Of a stretch of DNA of 64,000 nucleotides, positions 9,129-18,891 are shown one piece after another. This DNA comes from Fimbriimonadales bacterium (GTDB lineage: Bacteria > Armatimonadota > Fimbriimonadia > Fimbriimonadales > ATM1). How positions within the stretch are numbered: the stretch's first letter is position 1; the number at the start of each line of letters is the position of its first letter. Both the position numbers and the translations under genes were made by a program. A model generated the notes under the pieces. That model made no database searches, was not told the DNA's origin, and was given only the letters and a program-made list of their open reading frames with translations. Location: the NCBI GenBank assembly GCA_051003155.1, contig JBPCLO010000027.1:21326-85325 (forward strand), given 5' to 3'.

Positions 9129-12052
9129 GTGCCGAGGCGAGGTGGTGTCACGATCCTGCGCGTGCTGCCGGGGTTTGCTGCGGTCAGAGAGGCAGCCGCG
9201 CGGTTCGCTCACGCTAAAGGCACGTTCTTCACGTCGAGCAACGCTTCGACTATCGCTCAGCTTCGGGACCACATCGAGGCTAACGATAACCTGCGCAAGC
9301 ACTATGAAACGGGCTGCATTCGTATCGACCTGCTAGGATCGCTAGTCCGCATATTCGCCGACTGCGCGAACCTACCCCTGGCCGCGCCAGCGGCATCGGA
9401 CTACCAGGAGGGTCTCGCCGGACTCGCGGCGGAGAAAATGTCTAACGACAGCCCATTCTTCGAGTGCCGCGAACTGCCCGGCTTCCACGCTGCCCTTGTC
9501 GACACCTTGCAAGAGCTTCGCAAGCATGACATCGATCTCTCTCGTGCGGTTTCGCCACCTCGCAAACTCGCAGACATTCGCGACCTTGCGGAGAGTTTTG
9601 AGGACGCCCTTGCCACCCACCGGCTCACGACGCTCAGCCATCGACTCAAACGGCTGCTCGACGCGTCGCCCAGCGCCCCACAGGAGTTGAAGGTCGTGGT
9701 CTGGCTCTCCGAAACCGAGTGGCCGCCCCTGTGGCTGCAGTTCGGTGACTGGCTTCGCCTGGCAGGCGTCGAGCTTGTGTTCTTCACCGAGCGACATTTG
9801 ACCGACGCTTCGTTTTTCCTTGGCGCAACACAGCTTGCCGCTGCCTGCCCCGACGCGAGAATCGAGAATGTCCAATGCCCAGCGACGGCGTGCGCCTCGC
9901 TGTTTTCCGGCGGTGGCGCACCCGCGCGGTCGAGCGATGGCGTCACAGTTCTCGAAGCTGCCGACGAGCATCTCGAAACCGAGTGGGCCCTACGAACAGT
10001 TCATTCCCACCTACTGCGAGGAGAGGCCGAGGGGAGAGTTTGCATTTTCTCGCGACATCTAGAGAAGTACGGGCCGCTGCTTGAAGCCGCTTCGTTTCGA
10101 TTCGGCGTACCGCTGAAAATGTCCCGCAATGAGCCGCTGCTAGCCAACCCGTTCGCGTCGTACTGCCTCGCCACTCTTAAGGCGTTGGCGAGTGGATCGA
10201 TCCAGGATTTGGCCTCGGCCATCAGTTCGCCCTATGCCGATATCGATCGTGCCCATTGGAAACTGGCCCGGGAGCAGATCTCCTCATGCGAGCGCACCCA
10301 AGGCGATCCGTGGACCGAATTAGGGCGGCTGGCACGCGATCCGAACCGCGTCGTTCCGACCTGGCTTGACTTCTGCGTCTCATGGCGAGACGAAGCGATC
10401 CGCGCCGCAAGGACGCTAGCGGACTGGATCCGTCGGTTCAATTTACTGATGGCGGGTACTCCATGGCTCGACGCTTGCTCGGGCGGCGGGCTCGTTGCGA
10501 AACGGGACGCATCGGCGCAGCATGCGATGGTAAGGTCGCTTCTGGTCAGCCAGCTCTTGGGCGACTCGACGCGCAATCTTGCACTCGGCGAATTCGTCGC
10601 GCATTGCGAAAAGCGATGGCAAGGCAACTCGTATACCATCCGCAGCCAAACGGGCGTCCGCGTTTCGACTACTCCTGCAGGGATAGGCGATGCGAACATC
10701 GTGATCGCCCTCGGAATGCTCGAAGGCAGGTTTCCCTCCCGGCGAGCCGAAGATCCGATTCTCCTCGACCGGGACCGGGAGTGGTTGAGGCAGGCGAGGA
10801 TGGATTGGCGCCTTCCGTCCAGCTACGAAAAGGCCGAAGAAGCCCGGCGCGAGTTCTACCGTGTGGCATGCGCGGCCCCGCAGATCGTGTTTTCGTACCC
10901 GCTAAACTTCGGCGAAACACCCGAAATCCGCACCTCGTATCTGGACGACTTGGAAGCCGACGGAATCATGCCCTCGTACACGGCCAAGCGATACGAAGAT
11001 CGATTCCCGAAACCGCATGCATCGCTCGTCATGGCAGACCTATTAGGCGCGCAAGCTTGGCACGATGACAAAACGTTCGATCCCGGCGAGCTCGTCGCCA
11101 ACAGACAGGACCAATTGCGGCAGGCGGCCTGTTCGGCGAAAGACGCCCTCATAGCCAATCCAGAAATCAAGCGCGAATTATCCGCCCTGCCGCGGCCTTT
11201 GCGACTGGCGCATCTCCGATCGCTGCGGCAGTGCCCGTTTCAATACGTCGCTCGGGCGAAACTGAATCTCCACAGCGCCCGCCCGCGCTGGGCTTGGGAC
11301 TGCGTGGCCAACGCGGTTCGCAAAGCGGATCTTAACGCCGATTCAGCCGACGCTCTGATGTCCAACCTGATGGCAACACTCGAATCCGAGCTTTGGTATT
11401 GGCGAGGCAAAGCGCCGCAGCATGAGCTTGAACTCGTGCGGGTCGCCGCGCCGAAAGCGCTCCGCGCGTTCGCTAACCGAGAGATAGCTATGCGGCAAAA
11501 GTGGGGTCTTCGTATCAAGGGCCAGAACGTCTCATTGGGCGAAGCCTGCCTGCGAAGCACAGTGCCGTTAGGTGAGTACAGCCTCAATTTTCTGAACGAA
11601 TCGACGTCCTGTATGAACGTGAAGGAACGTCCGACGTCGCGCAGCTCCGGATGGGTCGAACGCGACTGTCCGGACCGGCAGGGGATCCGGAGTTCGACCT
11701 GGAGACGAGCATCATAACTTTCTTAGGCAAAGGTCAGGTGGAGAGGCTTTCGATCGTTGACAGCTTGGAGTCCGGGCAACGCCTGGTCTCCCCCCGCAGA
11801 GTATTCGGTGGCATCTCCGCGTTAAAGAACAGCGCGTCCGAATGCCTTTTCGTCGACTCGTCGAGCGATCCCTTGGCTGCATTGAAGATCGATTTTGTCG
11901 AGCAGCTCAAGGGCCTGGTCGCGATCGCGAGCCGCGGCGACCTAACGGCGACTCCCGGGGTCTATTGCCGAACGTGTGATTACCCGGCCCTTTGCAGGCA
12001 GGCGCAAAGCAGTGAGGTCGGCTCCGCGCAGGGGGGTTTCGACGAGGAATGA
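9129..12052 (+). pseudogene. AddB/RecB-family helicase-nuclease subunit (PD-(D/E)XK nuclease with Fe-S Cys motif), split by a frameshift near 11588-11591
   Basis: There are two same-strand ORFs: 9129-11717, and an open frame 11576-12052. The nuclease-domain Cys ligands are split between the two frames: CPFQY (Cys codon 11232-11234) and CRTCDYPALC (11966-11995). The frame switch falls at a T-run. The 3' end has an ATGA overlap with the UvrD-like helicase gene. Confidence 0.7.
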
Positions 12053-14310
12053 CACTTTCCGATGAGCAACTGCGGGCAATTTGTGTCGACGCGCCGCAGG
12101 TTACCATCAGGGCTGGGGCAGGCGCTGGAAAGACCGGCGTGCTGACCGAGCGGTACTTGAGGCACGTGGTGGAGCAGGGGGCAAGCCCCGACAATATTCT
12201 CGCGATTACGTTCACTAAGAAGGCTGCTGCCGAGATGAAGCGCCGCATCGTCAAGCGGCTGCGCGCGGAAGGTCTGAACGAGGCCGCGCGACAGGCGCAA
12301 GTAGGGCCTATCTCGACTGTTCATGGCTATTGCGAACGATTGCTGCGGGAGTATCCGTTCGATGCCGGTCTCGATCCAAAGTTCCAGGTACTGTCCGATG
12401 TCTCCGCCGAGCACCTTGTCGCGAGCTGCGCCAAGCGCGTCCTCGCCGAAGGGGGCGCTGAGAACGAAATCGCGATTTTAAGTCACCTGGTTGGGCAACG
12501 TCGCCACGGGGCGTATACCCGCGACATCTCTCTAATCCTTGTGGAATGGATTGCCAAGGTGCTTGACGAGTACCGGACAGCGGGCAAAAAGGTCGAAGAT
12601 TTGGAGCTCTTGGCGGCGTCACCCGATAAAGTGACCGAAGCTTGGCGCGCCTATGAGGAGGCTTGCGCTTGCGAAGACCTCGGAGAGTCACCTCCTCCCG
12701 GCTGGCGGAAGGAGAAATCCTTGTTGAAGGAATTCAAGAAACGCCCGGCATGGCTGGCGTCGATCCGCCACGATGCTGCCCTCGACCGAAAGTGCGCGGA
12801 GCTGACCGGCGGTCTCGCGTCCCTGACCGCGCGAACGTGGCGGATGCTCTGCGGCGAGTTCGGCCGGCGCCAGGAACTGGACTTCGCCGAACTGGAGACC
12901 CGAGCGTGCGCGATGCTCGAGGAAAAGCCTGAAAGCATCGCAGGCAAGTATCGCTGGCTGATCGTCGACGAGGCGCAGGACCTGAACCCGGTTCAATACC
13001 GCATCCTGCGCGCTACTCCCGCGGAGCACTACCTTTGGGTGGGCGATCCACAGCAATCCATCTACGGCTTCCGGGGGGCGACGAGAGATCTCTTTCTGCA
13101 AACCATGGAGAAATCAAAATGCTGCGACCTGACCACCAACTGGCGCTCCACGGAGAAGGTCATGACGGCTGTCGACCAGGTGTTCCGAGGCCTTTGGCCC
13201 GATATCCTGATCCGCATGACGCCAGGACGCTCCGAGATCGAGGAGGCCCCGGCGGTCGAGCTCTGGAAGGTGGGCGATAACCCAGAGGCCGACGTGGCCA
13301 ACGGCGTCTTTAGGCTAGTGGATAGCGAGAGAGTCCGGCCGGGCCAAATCACGATCCTCGTCCGAACTGCCAACGCGACGGATTCCTTGGTGCGCGACCT
13401 GCGCTCGCACGGCCTCAAGGTGGCGTCCGGGGTGGGCAAGAACTATTTCCTCAGAACCGAGATTCGCGACCTCGGCTCGACCCTGCTGGCCCTGGCCTAT
13501 CCCGACGACAACCTGATCCTTCTCTCGCTGTTGCGCTCACCCCTCGTCGGGGTTCCGCTCGAAATCTGTGTCAGCCTTGCCTTGAAAGCCAGCGAGTCGT
13601 CAAATTCCGTTTGGGACCTGATTCGGACATCGGACGAATTCTCGGAGTTCGTGGGATGGTTCCAACCGCTGAGCGAACGGTCCTGCCGGCTGCGGGCGTG
13701 GGAAGTACTGGCAGAAATCTTCGCCGCGACGAACCTGGACGCGCGATTCGCGATGATGCCATCCAAGGAGCAGCTGATCGCCAACGGCCGCAAACTGCTT
13801 TCTTTAGCCATGGAGCGGCGGGAACTTGGACCGTGGGAGTTCGGCGAATGGATCGGCGCGCAAGGCAGGATCCGGGGAAACACCGGCGACGCAGAAACGC
13901 TCTCTGGAGAGGATGACGCGATACGCATATCGACGATCCATAAAGCCAAGGGCCTCGAATGGGATGTGGTGGTCGTACAAGCGGAATCGCCTAGGCGGAC
14001 GAATAGGAACGACTTGGTCGTGGTTCCTGCGAGCGGGATTCTGGGGATCGGCAGCGGCGGCTTTCGGCCATTGGCACTGGAGGCCGCGAGGGAGCGCCGC
14101 GTGCGCAGGGAGGACGAGGAAGCGCGACGACTTCTGTACGTAGCGATGACGCGTACGAGGGAGCGCCTTTGCGTCGTCGTAAGTCGTGGCAAGAGGCCGG
14201 GCGACCATTGGCACCCAGTGATTACGGCCGCGCTGGACAAAGACCCTTCGGTCCTCGTATGGGACGCCGCGACCTACGTGCCCCGAGACCGGTCCACCGC
14301 TGGGGAATGA
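12049..14310 (+). CDS. UvrD/Rep/AddA-type superfamily 1 DNA helicase (no C-terminal nuclease domain)
   Basis: SF1 motifs are present: AGAGAGKTGVLTERY (Walker A), WLIVDEAQDLNPVQY, VGDPQQSIYGFRGA, ISTIHKAKGLEWDVVVV and RRLLYVAMTRTRERL. Confidence 0.9.
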   Translation: MTLSDEQLRAICVDAPQVTIRAGAGAGKTGVLTERYLRHVVEQGASPDNILAITFTKKAAAEMKRRIVKRLRAEGLNEAARQAQVGPISTVHGYCERLLREYPFDAGLDPKFQVLSDVSAEHLVASCAKRVLAEGGAENEIAILSHLVGQRRHGAYTRDISLILVEWIAKVLDEYRTAGKKVEDLELLAASPDKVTEAWRAYEEACACEDLGESPPPGWRKEKSLLKEFKKRPAWLASIRHDAALDRKCAELTGGLASLTARTWRMLCGEFGRRQELDFAELETRACAMLEEKPESIAGKYRWLIVDEAQDLNPVQYRILRATPAEHYLWVGDPQQSIYGFRGATRDLFLQTMEKSKCCDLTTNWRSTEKVMTAVDQVFRGLWPDILIRMTPGRSEIEEAPAVELWKVGDNPEADVANGVFRLVDSERVRPGQITILVRTANATDSLVRDLRSHGLKVASGVGKNYFLRTEIRDLGSTLLALAYPDDNLILLSLLRSPLVGVPLEICVSLALKASESSNSVWDLIRTSDEFSEFVGWFQPLSERSCRLRAWEVLAEIFAATNLDARFAMMPSKEQLIANGRKLLSLAMERRELGPWEFGEWIGAQGRIRGNTGDAETLSGEDDAIRISTIHKAKGLEWDVVVVQAESPRRTNRNDLVVVPASGILGIGSGGFRPLALEAARERRVRREDEEARRLLYVAMTRTRERLCVVVSRGKRPGDHWHPVITAALDKDPSVLVWDAATYVPRDRSTAGE

Positions 14311-14317
14311 CAGCCCT

Positions 14318-14800
14318 TTATTTCGACGAAATGTGACCGTCCGCCCAAAGCACGTTGTTCCGGGGACTCGGCGGAAATGATTGCGGGCCGTCGGCATCGA
14401 ACGCATGTCGTTCTGTCTTTTCTGAGTCGTAGACGAGCGGCTGGTCGACGGCTCCCCTCGTTGCAGCCGCGTTGAACGCGTAGCCGTACCCCGTGGCCAA
14501 ATCAGGGCATCTCAGGAACTTGGCGGTCTCGGTTTTCTCCATGTCGCCGGCGCGAAGGTATTGCTCCACGCGGTCCATCCAAACGTTAGCCGGAGGAAGA
14601 GCCGCATCGGCCTCGTGATATAGGTCCAGCGCCTTGCCGATTCTTCGGAGATTGTCGAGGCAATTGCCGGAATGGCTGCGCTTGCCAATAAATTGATAAG
14701 GCAGAATAGCAAACAAAAAGGGGCCCAGCCAAATCAATAAAACGAGAACCGAGACAATCGCGACCGTCCATTTCGCGACCTTGCTCTTCCACCAGCTCAT
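14318..14800 (-). CDS. Membrane-anchored H-X9-DG (DUF1559-like) protein
   Basis: It has an N-terminal TM helix. CLDNLRRIGKALDLYHEADAALPP matches the C.nNLKQIglAl.nY core of the family, and the C-terminus carries the NVLWADGHIS (H-X9-DG-type) motif. There is no GFTLIEL-type prepilin leader. Confidence 0.65.
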   Translation of the reverse strand: MSWWKSKVAKWTVAIVSVLVLLIWLGPFLFAILPYQFIGKRSHSGNCLDNLRRIGKALDLYHEADAALPPANVWMDRVEQYLRAGDMEKTETAKFLRCPDLATGYGYAFNAAATRGAVDQPLVYDSEKTERHAFDADGPQSFPPSPRNNVLWADGHISSK

Positions 14801-17800
14801 TACGTCACCAACATGATCGTGATAATTTCGAACGGCTTATAATCGAACTGGACTACGCCGCCATGAATTTCCAGGCTGGCGACCTTATTCTCGCTGAGGT
14901 CGCATATATGGGCGGACTTAATCCTTCTCGAACAGCTTAGCTCTGCGGAGCCTCGGGAGTTGTGCGCTTCGTAAAGCCGAATAATCGTGGCATCGGAGAC
15001 CTCCGCTTTCTTGACGGATTCGACGATAACATTACGGTCTTCGCATACTAGGAGCGGCTTGCATTCACCTTTGCCTACGCCATCCTTGGCTAAAAACTTG
15101 GAGTGCAAAGGCACGTTAAGCGCTTGCGCAGCCTGGACGACACCTGCCCAATTATAGGGTCCAAAATGAGGCATCAGAGCGTACGTAAATCGGTGGATGC
15201 CCATGTCCGCGTTTGGATCGGGGGCTTTCGGTGACCGAAGGAGCGTCATGCGCATGACGTTGCCGCGAATATCGTGACCATATTTCCCGTCGTTTAGGAG
15301 CGCTACCCCGTGGCCGCCTTCGCTTAAGTCCACCCATTTATGCGCGCAAACCTCGAAACGCGCCATATCCCAACTCGTGTTGACATGCGTGGGTCTCTCG
15401 ACATTGCCGAATTGGATCTCGTAGGTCGCTCGGGGCGAGTTCACATTGACCGGAAACGCCACCTTGAGCATCTTTTCGTCTTCGCGCCAATCGATCCACG
15501 TGTCGAATCGAATTCCCGGCGTCGGTCCAAGGCTAATCCGCTGACGTATCGTGCTTTGCCCGAATTTTTTCTCGACCTCGACGGCTACCCTGACCGGGCC
15601 GCGCTCCACTACCTCGAAACGCTCGCTGCGGATCAGGTCTTGTTGGGTTTCGAGGGCGAAAACATCGATGTCCCAAGCGCTCCAAGATAAGGGCCGGTCG
15701 TCGAACAGTTGGAAACAGTTCGCGACCTTGCCCTGCTCTAGGTACTCCGTTTGGTCTTCGAGGGAGAGAATGCTCGTTATGTTCCCGTGGGGATCGAACC
15801 GCACCGCCCAGGTGTCGTTTTCGATCCGCCTGGCCCGCGCGACAAGCCTCGATTTCGATACCGCCGCCTCAGTACGGAGGTCGCAAATCGCGACGTTGCC
15901 CAGGGCGCGCTCGGGAACAGGGAATATGATGTGTTTTTCTCCGAACTCCTCGATTTCCTGTACCGGTAGGCTTTCACCGTCGCTCTGCAGGCTTTGTGAA
16001 CCGGACTTCCCGGTCGCCGGCAACCGCCCTTCGGTGCTCACGTCGGCGAACTTGAAGAGCGCAATCGGCTTTTCCATTTCCGCAGTCGCGCACGTCTCCG
16101 AGATGGAGGAGAGGCATTCCTGGGCAATGGCATTCGCCCGATCGACAACCTCCGCGTAATCGCAGTCGCTGTCGTCGTAAACCTCGCGCACACTGCTGCC
16201 CGGAAGAATGTCGTGGAACTGATTCAGCAATACCAGCTTCCAGAGCCGCTCGATCTCTTTAGCCGGATAGCCCTTTGGAAACTCTTTGCGAAGGACAGAA
16301 AGAAGTTCGATGTCCCTCATGAGAAATTCGCAATGCCGGTTAAGCTTCTTATTTGCGGCCTGGGTCGTGTAGGTCCCTCTGTGGGCTTCCAGATACAGCT
16401 CGCCGGCCCATATCGGAAGATCGCGGCTTTTGTCTTTCGCCTCCTGAAAGAATTCGGAAGCCTTTCTGAACTGAATTTGTGGTAAGCCAGGCGCGCGCGT
16501 TGCGCGTCTAAGAAATTCTATGTGCTCCGCAGTGGGTCCTCCGCCACCGTCTCCGTAGCCGTAAACGTACAGGCCGTGATCCGAGCGCGCGGGATCGCGG
16601 TGGTCGGTCAAATGCTTTTTAAGCTCGATAGGAGTGCACATACCGCAGTAGGTATCTGCCGGGGGGAAGTGGCTCCATATCCGGCTGCCGTCGATTCCCT
16701 GCCACCAAAATGTGTTGTGCGGAAATTTATTGATCTGGTTCCAGGATATTTTCTGCGTTAGAAAGTAGTCTATGCCGAGTTTGTTCAGCATTTGCGGGAT
16801 GGCCGCGGAATAACCGAAAACGTCCGGCAGCCACATATCCCTCGTCTCAACATCGAATTTTTCTTGGAAATACCTTTTGCCATAAAGAAACTGTCGCACC
16901 AGAGCCTCGCCGCCGGCCAAATTGGTGTCTGCCTCGACCCACATGGAGCCCAGCGGCTCCCACTGCCCGGCCACCACCTTTTCGCGGACACGCTTAAAGA
17001 GCTCGGGATACTCGTTCTCCAGCCATTCATATTGCGACGCCTGGCTATGTACGAAAACGTACTCTGGATATCGATCCGCGAGCGCGAGCTGCGTCGACGT
17101 GGTGTGCGCCATCTTCTTCTTAGTGATTTGGATCGGCCAGAGCCACGCGGTGTCGAGGTGTGCGTGGCCCACTGGGGTGAGCGTGTGATACCGATCGATA
17201 CGGCGTGAAACCGCCCATTCTCGCAGGGCGCGGCGCGCTTCCTGCAAGGTTTCGCGGTTTTCCGGGTCGAATCGATTGGCGGCTTCGTTCAGCCCCCTCA
17301 AGACGTGTGCGCGCGCCACGTCGACCTCGTCGAAAGTCACGAGCAGCCCGTAGCAAAACTTGCAGTCCAAATAGAAGTCCCAAAGCTCCCGGTCGAAAAC
17401 GCGCAGCGAGACATCGCCGACGGTAAAGGGCTTCGGCTCCGGCTCGAGTGGCCGGCCGTGGACCCGAACGGCAGGGTTGTCACCGTATGCCTGGATCCAG
17501 ATTTCGACGGCTTCACCGCCGCGCGCGACTGTCGCCACCGGATACGAGTCATGGGGCCCGTCGATCCCCCAACAGGGAGAGTCACCCTTCCAAATCGTCC
17601 TCTCGCCTCCGACCTCAAGCTTCGCAATGGCCTCCATGCCCGCCCACGAGGACGGAATCCTTCCGGATGCTTTGAACCAAACCGTGCGCCATGCGGGGCC
17701 CCATTTGAAGCCGGGTGCGACCGACACCCACTTACCCCTTGCGGCTTCCTTTCGGTTAGCGCTGGCCTCTGGACAGAACTCGAGTCGCAAGGGCGCCGAC

Positions 17801-17880
17801 CCAACCTCCAACCGAGGCTCCAAAAACATGCGTATGAACTGTTCGATCCTCTTCTCGGTGAGTTCCCGGTGTTTGAGCAT
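14800..17880 (-). CDS. Glycoside hydrolase family 38 alpha-mannosidase
   Basis: This is a 1026-aa ORF with GH38 hallmarks: GHAHLDTAWLWPIQITKKK, YGYGDGGGGPT and NQFHDILPGSS. Confidence 0.9.
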   Translation of the reverse strand: MLKHRELTEKRIEQFIRMFLEPRLEVGSAPLRLEFCPEASANRKEAARGKWVSVAPGFKWGPAWRTVWFKASGRIPSSWAGMEAIAKLEVGGERTIWKGDSPCWGIDGPHDSYPVATVARGGEAVEIWIQAYGDNPAVRVHGRPLEPEPKPFTVGDVSLRVFDRELWDFYLDCKFCYGLLVTFDEVDVARAHVLRGLNEAANRFDPENRETLQEARRALREWAVSRRIDRYHTLTPVGHAHLDTAWLWPIQITKKKMAHTTSTQLALADRYPEYVFVHSQASQYEWLENEYPELFKRVREKVVAGQWEPLGSMWVEADTNLAGGEALVRQFLYGKRYFQEKFDVETRDMWLPDVFGYSAAIPQMLNKLGIDYFLTQKISWNQINKFPHNTFWWQGIDGSRIWSHFPPADTYCGMCTPIELKKHLTDHRDPARSDHGLYVYGYGDGGGGPTAEHIEFLRRATRAPGLPQIQFRKASEFFQEAKDKSRDLPIWAGELYLEAHRGTYTTQAANKKLNRHCEFLMRDIELLSVLRKEFPKGYPAKEIERLWKLVLLNQFHDILPGSSVREVYDDSDCDYAEVVDRANAIAQECLSSISETCATAEMEKPIALFKFADVSTEGRLPATGKSGSQSLQSDGESLPVQEIEEFGEKHIIFPVPERALGNVAICDLRTEAAVSKSRLVARARRIENDTWAVRFDPHGNITSILSLEDQTEYLEQGKVANCFQLFDDRPLSWSAWDIDVFALETQQDLIRSERFEVVERGPVRVAVEVEKKFGQSTIRQRISLGPTPGIRFDTWIDWREDEKMLKVAFPVNVNSPRATYEIQFGNVERPTHVNTSWDMARFEVCAHKWVDLSEGGHGVALLNDGKYGHDIRGNVMRMTLLRSPKAPDPNADMGIHRFTYALMPHFGPYNWAGVVQAAQALNVPLHSKFLAKDGVGKGECKPLLVCEDRNVIVESVKKAEVSDATIIRLYEAHNSRGSAELSCSRRIKSAHICDLSENKVASLEIHGGVVQFDYKPFEIITIMLVT

Positions 17881-17974
17881 TTCGCAGGGCCGTTAGTCCG
17901 TCAGTTTAGACCAATCGCCCACCTAAGGAATCCTGTCGAGCGAAGTTTCATCTTTTATAGTACTATAATTATAT

Positions 17975-18841
17975 ATGCTGGAATTGATGTGCCTGTTCGA
18001 CAAATGGCCGGGCCGGCGGGTGCCCACTCTAAGTTCTCGCGAATTCACTATTGTCGCGCGGTGCTTAGCCCAGCACAGATCGGCGGGTGAGCGTGCGTAC
18101 TGTCTTCGATCGGGAGGCCTTTGGGAAGCCGCCGCTCTCGTGGAGGATGCAGGCCTCCGTGCGAGCGCGTCGGGGGCGTTCCGGGATCGGCTGAGGGGCG
18201 GCTGGAAGCCCTTGCTCGCTTCCTCTCCCCTTATGCCGCCGCGCCTCCGGTCGTCGCTGGGCCATTCCTGCCCGCCGGTGCTGTGGCTTCGCGGTTCGGC
18301 AATGCGGCTCCGACAGCCAGGAGTCGGGATCGTCGGCAGCCGCACGCTCTCCGTGGACGAAGCCCGATTCGCATCCGAGGCGGGCGCATTGCTCGCCCGG
18401 ATGGGCGCCACCGTCTTTTCAGGAGGCGCCGCGGGGTCGGATTCATTCGGCGTTGCCGGGGCGGTGAGAGCAGGCGGTTACGGGGTTCACTTCCTGCCGG
18501 GAGGCGAGCCGCGCAGATACCCCGAGGGCTGCCTCCTGAGCCGCTTCCCGGAGGCGCCCGAGTTCGACCGAATCGAGGCTCTCATCCGCAATCGGTGGAT
18601 TTACGCTGCCTCGGATGCCGTCATCCTTGTTAGCAGCAGGTTCGGCCAAGGCGGAAGTTGGGCCGGGGCAATCTCCGCCCGCAGGTCACGCGCGTCGCCG
18701 ATCCTCGTATTTCGAGGCAAACAGCCGAGTTCGGGCAACGAGGTTCTGGCCAAGCTCGGAGCGACTTCCGTTTCCTCAATCGCCGAGCTCGAGGGAGCCT
18801 TGAGACCGTGCTTGGCGAAGCCTCTCGAGCTCGCAGTGTAG
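17975..18841 (+). CDS. dprA: DNA-processing protein DprA/Smf-like (divergent)
   Basis: GIVGSRTLSVDEARFASEAGALLARMGATVFSGGAAGSDSFGVAGAVRAGG...RNRWIYAASDAVILVSS matches the DprA Rossmann-fold core (vaIVGsR...SGlA.GiD..ah.gAl...RNRiia). The start is uncertain. Confidence 0.65.
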   Translation: MLELMCLFDKWPGRRVPTLSSREFTIVARCLAQHRSAGERAYCLRSGGLWEAAALVEDAGLRASASGAFRDRLRGGWKPLLASSPLMPPRLRSSLGHSCPPVLWLRGSAMRLRQPGVGIVGSRTLSVDEARFASEAGALLARMGATVFSGGAAGSDSFGVAGAVRAGGYGVHFLPGGEPRRYPEGCLLSRFPEAPEFDRIEALIRNRWIYAASDAVILVSSRFGQGGSWAGAISARRSRASPILVFRGKQPSSGNEVLAKLGATSVSSIAELEGALRPCLAKPLELAV

Positions 18842-18891
18842 ACGCCAACCTCGCCGAGCGATTTCAGTCCCGCGGCGCGTCTAACAGTTCG

